Of a stretch of DNA of 64,000 bases, positions 55,132 to 64,000 are shown one piece after another; positions within the stretch are counted from its first letter, which is position 1, and every line of letters begins with the position of its first letter. The position numbers were made by a program, and so were the translations under genes. This DNA comes from Eledone cirrhosa (taxonomy: Eukaryota), in assembly GCA_964016885.1 (NCBI GenBank), contig OZ024744.1:42780001-42844000 (forward strand). Direction: 5' to 3'. The notes under the pieces were generated by a model. That model was not told the DNA's origin, searched no databases, and saw only the letters and a program-made list of their open reading frames with translations.

Positions 55132-55461
55132 ATGGAGGCACATGGCTTAGTGGTTAGAGCATTGGCCTTGCAATCGAAAGGTTGTGAGTTCAATTCTCAG
55201 ACCGGGTGATGTATTGTTTCCTTGAGCAAGACACTTTATTTCACATTGCTCCAGTTTACTCAGCTGTAGAAATGAGATGATAGGGACTGGGGTCCATATC
55301 ATTCCACTGCAAAGTGGTCGTGGAGGTGCCATGGCAAAAAAGCACCCAGCACTCACTGTAAATGAGGTTGGTGTTAGGAAGGGCATCCAGCTGTAGAAAT
55401 CAAGCCAGAATCAGTTCCCGTCCCACCCTTGCAAGCAGGAAAAAGCGGATGTAAAATGAAA

Positions 55462-55465
<4 letters not shown>
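55132..55465 (+). mobile_element. SINE family 1, full length, inserted in (TA)n
   Basis: tRNA-like A/B boxes, core ttccttgagcaagacact, composite RTE tail. Confidence 0.9.
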
Positions 55466-55515
<50 letters not shown>

Positions 55516-55843
55516 ACTAGAAATTGATTAACATATAAATATACATGAATAATCACAGGAGATAATTTGTACACGCGTGTAACCGCGCATAGCTAGTTTG
55601 GGTAATAATTCAATTTATAACTTTAAGTATGATTAACCTTCCTTGTATATATCCCATTAAAGAAATATATTTCACCAATTAATCAGATGGTAAGTCACGG
55701 AAAGTGGATATTATTGGATTGTCAACAAGGAAGAGTAATAATGTCCAGCTATCCATCCTCACACAACGAGTTTAAATGCCGTTATGACATGACACCCACA
55801 ATTTCGATCTAGATTAAATTCATTTAATTTATCTTAATTTTGG

Positions 55844-55883
<40 letters not shown>

Positions 55884-56305
55884 TAGGGCATCCAGCTGTA
55901 GAAATCAACCCAGAATCAGTTCCCGTCCCACCCTTGCAAGCAGGGAAAAAGCGGACGTAAAATGAAATGATGATGATGATGATGATATATATATATATAT
56001 ATATATATATACTATAAAATATGTCTATAGAATCATTTGATAATATATATACACCATTTCCTCTCCCAATTAGCATAATCAACCACACAAAAAATCAATT
56101 AAACCAGTCGATAAGATTAAAAGGCACCTATGAAGAAATAGTAGATAAATAAATGACACCAATTTATTCGCGATCAACCGCTATAGAATATTTACCCAAC
56201 ATTTCAATAGCACGTGGAAATCGATTAAATATACCATCAACCATACACAATTAGGTATAAAGTTAAAGTTAGAAGAAAAAATGCATATACACATACCAGG
56301 ATTAC

Positions 56306-56386
56306 GTTTCTACCCTTAGGGTTTTGTTCGCTTTCAGAAATATCCTATCAAGGATAAAATCTCGAGCTTCGAACTCATCAGGAAAC
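56306..56386 (-). ncRNA. Type I hammerhead motif with G12A and extended stem II
   Basis: gtttc-CTGATGA-gttcg..cgaac-AAAA-ccct-a-aggg-TA-gaaac; all three stems pair. Confidence 0.62.
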
Positions 56387-56704
56387 AAACTCATTTGGAC
56401 AAGGAATTTTCTTAAGTGATCCCTGCCAGAAACGAATTCAAAATGGCTAAGAACTGTGACGTGGCAGTGGTCAAGTCAGAAAGAATGTGATTGGTGGCTT
56501 ACAGCGAGTGGGCTGGTTGCTAGAAAGTGCAGCCCTATATTGCCCAAATTGCATCTCAACCTTATGGGAGATTATCAAATATAAAGATTTACATATACAC
56601 AAACTAGACAAAGTCACAGATATATATGTTTTGGCAACCATTCACGATGTGGCTCAATGATGAATTAATAAATTAGATAATCAGAGCAATATATATATAT
56701 ATAT

Positions 56705-58590
56705 ATGCTGAAGGCATCTGGGTCGGTAGGTCACACCATAACCACATGTATTGTTAACCAGGTAATGCTAGAAGGTGTCATACCAAAGAATTGGTGCAGC
56801 AGCATCATTGTCAATTGCTACAATGGTAAAGGTGATGCACTAGATAGAGGAAACTATAGAGGTATAAAGCTGATGGACCAGGTCATGAAAGTAACAGAAA
56901 GAGTTATAGCACAGTTGATTAGGGACTGGATGAAACTAGATGAGATTTTGGGTTTGTGCCAGGAAAAGGCACCACTGATGCCCTCTTCCTTGTGAGGCAG
57001 TTACAGGAAAAGTACCTAGCTAAAAGTAAGTCGCTCTACTTGGCATTCATCGATCTGGAGAAAGCCTTTGACAGAGTCCCCCCGTGCTATAATCTGGTGG
57101 CCTCTTAGAAAACTAGGAGTAGATGAATGGCTTGTGAAAGCTGTACAAGCCATGTATAGGGGAGCAGTCAGCAAAGTTAGGATTAGCAATGACAATAGCA
57201 AGGAATTTAGCATACTGGTCGGTGTCCTGCAGGGCTCTGTTCTTAGCCCTCTCCTGTTCATCATAGTTTTGCAGGCAATAACGGAGGAGTTTAAGACCGG
57301 ATGCCCATGGGAACTCCTGTATGCAGATGACCTTGCACTTATAGCTGAATCTATGGTAGAACTGGAGAAGAAATTCCAAACATGGAAGCAGGGACTAGAA
57401 AGAAGGGGCCTCAAGGTCAACCTGTCAAAGACTAAGGTCCTTGTAAGTAGACGAGAAAACAGAATCCAGATCCCCCCAGGGAAATGGTCTTGCACAGTAT
57501 GTAGAAAAGGTGTAGGTAGGAACTCCATCCTATGCCCCAAATGCAAACAATGGGTGCACAAGAGATGTAGTGGGACCTTAGGAAGCTTAACTAAGAATGT
57601 AGGCTTCACATGTAGCAGCTGTACTGGGACAGCAAGGAGCAAACAGCCACAGGAAACAAGTACCATCAAACTCTAGGATGGCTCTGTAGAAACAGTAGAC
57701 AACTTCTGCTACCTAGGTGACCGAATTAGCAGCAGAGGTGGGTGTTCAGAAAGTACAATAACTAGGGGAAGGATGCCATGGAAGAAGTTCAGGGAGCTAC
57801 TGCCACTACTAGCTGCAAAAGGCTTTTCCCTCAAAATGAAAGGCAGATTGTATGATGTGTGTATATGAACAGCAATGTTACATAGTAGTGAGCCCTGGGC
57901 GCTGTCTGTAGAAGACTTGCACAGATTAGAAAGAAACGAAGCCTGCATGCGCCGATGGATGTGTTATAGTAATATACGCGAACGGCAAAGCATAAACAAA
58001 TTGAGAGAGAGACTCAGCATAAGAGGAGACAAATGCTGTGTGCAGGAGAACCGGTTGTGTTGGTATGGACATGTGATGTGTATGAAGGATGACAGCTGCA
58101 TAAAAAGGTGCAGAGCACTAGAAGTCGATGGAAGGCGCGGAGTGGGGAGACCCAAGAAGACCTGGGAGGAGGGGATAAAAGCCGACCTTAACTAATTACA
58201 CTTCTCAAAGACGATGACACACGACCGTGACCTCTGGCGTCACGCAGTAATACAGAGTACCCGACCTCCCATAGGTACAAGCTGAAGCATATAGACAATA
58301 TGCCCCCACACTCTCCCACTGCAAAGTGGTCGTGGAGGTGCCACGGCAAACAAAAAAGCACCCAGCCCACACTGTAAAGTGGACGTGTAGGCGCCACGAA
58401 AAAGCACCCAGCACTCACTGTAAATGAGGTTGGTGTTAGGAAGGGCATCCAGCTGTAGGAATTAAGCCAGAATCAGTTCCTGTATGAGAAGACATGGTCA
58501 GCCGACCGGCTACTGCCCATAACAGGACAACCCGTCTAATCCATGCTAGCGTGGAAGAAAGGATGTAAAACGTTGATGATGATGATGATA
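56705..58590 (+). mobile_element. RTE family A, 5'-truncated and frameshifted, with full 3'UTR
   Basis: Closely similar to the reverse complement of 14362-16245. Confidence 0.92.
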
Positions 58591-59074
58591 TATATCATCA
58601 TCATCACTGTTTAATGTCCTTTTTTCTATGCTAGTATAGGTTAGACGAGTTTGACCCGTTGTGAGACCAGCCAGATCAGATGATCGTGTGTTAGTCATGC
58701 AGAATTGATTTCAGCCTGGTTTCTACAGCTGGATGCCCTTCATAATGCCAATCACATTTTCAGTGTGTACTGGGTGCTTTTTGTTATGACATCTACACAA
58801 CCATCTTACAGTGAAGGTTGGACATTTTTTGTTGTGACACCTGCACAACCACATTGCAGTGTGTACTGGTGACTGTGGGATATATCTGATTAAGTGTGGT
58901 GTGTTAGGGCATGGATGGATTGTTAGGACACGGGTGGAGTGTTAGGATGAGGGTGCAGTGTGAGGACTTAGGAGGTGAATGGAAGGTGGTGCATACTAGA
59001 TGTATGCTTCAACCTATGCCCATGGGAAGGCAGGTCTTCTGAATATAATGCATAACCAGAGATCTCGATCCTAC

Positions 59075-59530
59075 TTGAATATTAGGGTTGGCTGCTCAGA
59101 AAGTACTGTAACCAGAGTAAGGACCAGTTTGAAAATATTCAGGGAACTACTACCATGACTAATTACAAAGGATTTCTTCCTCAGAATATGGGCTTGGGTT
59201 TTGTGTACAGAGGACCTAAGATTGGAAAAAATGAAGCAAGCATGCTCCGATGGATGTGCAAGAGACAGAGTATCAATGAGCTGAGAGAAAAACTGGGCAT
59301 AAGAGGCAGCAGTTGCAGGAGAGGGGTTGCAATCGTATGGACATGCATATGAAGGATGACAGCTGCATAAACAAATGTAAGGCAATTGAAGTCAAAGGAC
59401 TCCTTGGAAGGAGAAGACCTAGGAAAACCTGGGATGATATGGTGAGAGCCAACTTCAAGCAACTGAACCTCACAAATGAGATGACCCAGGATTGAGAAAA
59501 CTGTTGATATTCCATAATACAGGGAACTCC
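59075..59530 (+). mobile_element. Degenerate RTE 3' fragment
   Basis: EASMLRWMC, MKDDSCINKC, RPRKTWDD. Confidence 0.75.
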
Positions 59531-61309
59531 CCTTCCCACACTAGTGGAATCAAGCAGCACAATGGGAGATGGTTAACCTCATACCTCCATCCACCTAAAA
59601 CCTGAAGAAGCAGGGAGGTCACACAACATAGAGGTCCCACTTCCCACTTGCCAATAAACTCCTGGATTCTCTGCCAGCATGCCCCTGATCCCCTTTCCCA
59701 CCCTTGGCCTGAAGAAGAAAAGAGATGGAACAACTCTCTGACTATCTCTGATTTCTTTGCCCAACCCATGCTAGAATGAACCTTGAATGATTCTCCTTCG
59801 CTGCACCCCTAACACTTTCCTAACCCTAGAAAGCCTGGCACACCTCAAAATGGCAGACACCACCCATCAACCTACTTGCTCCATGCAGTATATAAACACC
59901 CCCACCTCTTTATGAACATCAAGGGAAGCCAAACCCACCCCACAATATGTCAGAGAGCATCGAAATCCTTCAAGGCCACCCTCTAGCAGTGCACTGCTTG
60001 TATCCCATACTCAACAGGTGCCACACCCGACCCAGCATGACCAAGTACATTGAGCATACTAATGTCGCAATGAAGTAGTGCTGGTGTCACTACAAAAGTA
60101 CCTAGTCTACCCCGTAAGGTGGTAGTGCTGGTGTCATACAAAAGTATCCAGTCTACCCTGTAAGGTGGTAGTACTGGGGCCACTATAAAGTACCTAGTCT
60201 ACCTTGTAAGGTGGTAGTACTGGGGCTCCTACAAAAGTATCCAGTCTAACCTGTGTGGTGGCAGTGCCAGTGTCATGATAAAATGTTCCCAGTACACACC
60301 ATATTATGGTTAATGTTAGGAAGGGCATCCAGCCATAGAAACTAAGCCAAAATAAAGTGTACAAGTAGGACTTAGTCACCTGAGCACTGACAGCCATCTA
60401 GCACATACGAGCATGGAGTAAACAGATTGTCATGTTAAGAGGCTAGCCAGGTCCGGTGACCATATTTTGCTCATACAGATTTGTTTGGGGCTTGGTTTTC
60501 TATCGTTAGATGCCCTTCCTAACACCAACCACACTACAACCAGTACTGGGAGTTTTTTTTTGTGGTACCACCACTACCACTTTACTGGGCCGACAAGGTG
60601 CTTTTCGTAATGCACACCCCAACACAAACAATTATGTTTACATAGAATGCATACCCACACGTAGAAGCAGTTACGTGGTCGTTTGAACTGCTAGAAATTA
60701 TAGTAACCAAATTTCACTTAATACACATGTTACAGTCTTTAAAAAAATAGAAGAAAACCTAGGACAATGTTACAAAGAAACCGGATTGTCATTTCGTCCG
60801 CCGGTTTGGTCGATGATGATCGACCTGGGGTTAAAAAACAACTATAGCTACCACTACACATCTATTGTATAATGTACACATGTGTGTGTAAGTATAGTCA
60901 AAATCTAACACGACGTATTTGTCATATGTTTGTGTGTGTGTATGAATGTGATGGCATTTTCATCTGTCATGTACACATGAATGTGTATGTGCGTGCGTGC
61001 GTATACGCGTGTTTATTTATGTACATGTGTGTGGATATGTATATATTAAGGCGGGAGTGTATACGTAATCAGCAATCTTTCACGTATAATATTTACAAAC
61101 AAAACACGCTCGCACTCTTACTTGCTCACTCACACACACACACTCTCTCTCTCTATTTCTCTCATGCTTATTATCCCACTCTCTCTCTCTATATATATAT
61201 ATATATGTGTGTGTATGTGCGTGTGTGTATACACAACATATATTGTTTCCGTTTTGTGCATGCATATGTGTGAATTTTTTTTTTAACTTCTTCACACTAA
61301 TGTGTGAAT

Positions 61310-61541
61310 AAGGTGGCGGTGGTAGTAGTGTTGATAAGGTGGCGAGAGCGCTGGGGAGTTGTTTCGTATCTTGTTACTCTTTATAAGTGACGTGGTTCCG
61401 GTTGTTCGTTTTGCATGGTTACAAATTCGAACAGGCGACGCCGTTCCAGTTGTTTTTGTTTATTTTCAGGCGTTCTGACCGAGCCGTGCCGCCCTTTTTT
61501 TTTTTTTGTCTAATATATCCCCTTCCCCCAGCGCCGTAGAC
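61310..61541 (+). promoter_or_regulatory. CpG-rich promoter/5'UTR candidate
   Basis: Local CpG enrichment in non-repetitive sequence; CRE/ATF-like GTGACGTGG (61387) next to ETS-like TTCCGG (61396); GC-box-like gccgccc near 61488. Confidence 0.55.
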
Positions 61542-61903
61542 ATGGTGTTCTACGAGTCGCCCCAATACGTGTCCTCGTCGTCCGTCTATATTGCTCTTTA
61601 CTTGATATTTCTACATCTTCTTCAACACCAGACGCGAAGTTCCTCGCACTGGAGACTGGAATCCAAACTTGGGAAAGTGGTTCTCGTTGACAGTGAAGAA
61701 GATGGTGGTGGTGAGAACAGCGATTCTTCGTCCTCTTCTTCGGGAGAGAACAACCACCACGATGAATCAGAGGAGGAAATTGATCAAATAATGGAAATCC
61801 TTACTACGAAACTTATTGATAACGAGGGAAGATGGTCAGTGAATTTACACACTCAGGAAATACGAGATATGAACCGAAAGAAGAAGCAGTCTGCGTGGAA
61901 GAA
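61542..61903 (+). CDS. Probable first coding exon of a host gene: hydrophobic signal-like segment, then an acidic/Ser-rich region; product not identified
   Basis: gacATGG Kozak context; 120 open codons MVFYESPQ..IALYLIFLHLL..SSSHWRLESKLGKVV..; GTAAGT donor at 61904; follows the CpG-rich region. Confidence 0.65.
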
Positions 61904-62426
61904 GTAAGTTATTTATTTTTTTTTTTTAGCTTGCTTTATTTATTCACTGACGCATTCACCACTTTTAAAGTATGTATACACTTTCGTACACGTGGATATT
62001 TCCTTTCTCCTTACTCTTAATTCTTCGGTGAATTGGTCTTTTGATATTTATGGTCTCTCTCTCTATATAAATAGATAGAATTGACTATATTTATATATAT
62101 ATATATGCACTCATACACATTATTTTCTCTCTCCATCACACACACATATATATATATACTATACTATATATATATATATATAGTATATATATATATATAA
62201 TATTTATATATAATATATATATATATGTATGTGTGTGTGATATGAGTATATGTGTGTATGCGTGTGATATGTGTATATGTGTGTGTGATGTGTGTATATA
62301 TGTGTGTGTGTGATATGTGTATGTATATATATATATATATGCACTCATACACTCATTATTTTCTCTCTCTCGCTCACACACATATATATACTATACTATA
62401 TATATAGTATGTATATATATAGTATT

Positions 62427-62479
<53 letters not shown>

Positions 62480-63513
62480 ATGTGTATATGTGTGTGTGTG
62501 TGTGATATGTGTATGTGTGTGTGATGATGTGTGTGTGATATGAGTATATATATGTATGTGTGATATGTGTATATATATGTGTGTGTGATATGTGTACGTA
62601 TATATGTGTGTGTGTGATATGTGTATGTATATATATATGTATATATGGGAGTGTATATATATATCGAGAGAGATATCTGAAATGTAATGTAAAAGGAGTA
62701 AATGGATCTCCGTCGGTTTCGATGATGTGTTCTAATTGTTCGATAAACGGAGCAAACGTGTGTCTGATTATTCCAAAGGCAAGTGTACTTTTAACGTAAT
62801 ATTCTGAGAGAATATGCATGGCAGCGTGTTGTAAGACTGGACCTTAGAATTACAAGCACCGTCCAATAGACAGGCTTCCGTTATTTCCTACATCCACTTT
62901 TTACGTCGAACCGATTTCAAACACAAACTTGTGTCGACCCAAAGCTATGGCAAAAGACACTTCCCCAGTATACATACACACTTACCCACACACATACACA
63001 GTTATCATCATCATCGCTTAACGTCCATTCTCATTGCTTACATGGGTTGGATAATATATATATCACCATCATCATCACAGTTTAGCATTTACTAAGATAG
63101 CATGAGTTAGACGAGTCGTCCCCTTGTGAGATAAGTAAGATCAGATGACTGTCATGCTCATACAGGGTTTCTACGGCCGAATGCCCTTCCTGACGCCAAC
63201 TACATTTACAAATGTGGACAGGGTGCTTTTTATTGTAGCGCCAAAACAACTAAATGGCAGGTTGGACTGTGTACTTTATCATCGTATCACCAGCGCGACC
63301 ATACTACAGGGTGGACCAAGTGCTTTTTGTCGGGTCACCAACACGAACTCAATCGAGTGGGCTGGATGCTTTTTGTGTTGTGTTATCTACACGACCTCCT
63401 TACAGGCAAGGCTGCCATAACTTGCTCTGTATGCAAATGAGGCTAATCAGCCGATGTACACTTAAGAAAATACTATATATTTTCAACTGTTCAACAGATT
63501 GGCATTGAATTAA

Positions 63514-63556
63514 ACAGTCCTGGTGAAGGGTAATGGCCCAGAAACATGTTGATTGT
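63514..63556 (+). ncRNA. Minimal hammerhead motif with A6G
   Basis: acagtc-CTGGTGA-a-ggg-taatgg-ccc-a-GAAA-catg-TT-gattgt; palindrome ACATGT. Confidence 0.6.
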
Positions 63557-63764
63557 ATCTCTATGCCAGTGTTGAACAAATGGATGATGATTGGTCATCA
63601 AGACACAGCACAGTTTTGTCGAGCCGTTTGCTTGCAAACAAATCGAATATTATCATTAATGTTTGATATACCCCATACGTACATATTTAAGTATATATAT
63701 GTGTGTGTACGTATGCATACTTACATTTATATATATGTGTATATATGTATATTCATGTATACAC

Positions 63765-64000
63765 GGGATCTCAGGAAGCTTAATTAAGAATGTAGGCTTC
63801 ACATGTAGCAGCTGTGCTGGGACAGCAAGCAGCAAACAGCCACAGGAAACAAGTACCACCAATCTCTGGGAGGGCTCTGTAGAAACAGTAGACAGCTTCT
63901 GCTACCTAGGTGACCGAATTAGCAGCGGAGGTGGGTGTTCAGAAAGTACAATAACTAGGGTAAGAACGGGATGGAAGAAGTTCAGGGAACTACTGCCACT
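63765..64000 (+). mobile_element. RTE family A fragment, continues off the window
   Basis: Nearly identical to the reverse complement of ~15145-15375. Confidence 0.9.

Noticed and set aside
55135-55205. tRNA gene (also near 9660, 10600, 53950)
   Set aside because: A/B boxes continue into a SINE core and LINE tail; no complete acceptor stem seen

Overview
Repeat-dominated, AT-rich eukaryotic (animal) genomic DNA. The SINE types, RTE LINE load and long (TA)n/(CA)n/(CAT)n/(TAA)n runs suggest a coleoid cephalopod such as Octopus; this is an inference. Most long ORFs in the track are microsatellite artefacts or retroelement pieces. Recognisable elements: R4/Dong-type and CRE-type RLE retrotransposons, several Penelope-like elements (PLEs; RT + GIY-YIG), at least three RTE LINE families (one copy near full length), two tRNA-derived SINE families, a DD37D (maT) Tc1/mariner transposon, piggyBac-type MITEs and minisatellites. 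The best host-gene candidate is a first coding exon at 61542-61903 (+) behind a CpG-rich promoter, with possible spliced exons on the minus strand. The main signal the ORF track does not show is about 15 minimal type I hammerhead-ribozyme motifs, read by eye, most with palindromic stem III. They sit at the ends of PLE-type inserts next to (TA)n runs and fold-back inversions. They show a recurrent U4C core variant and a recurrent U.U pair at 10.1-11.1. A SINE here also has a tail stitched from two different RTE families. All calls are from manual reading; boundaries are approximate unless TIRs or TSDs are quoted.
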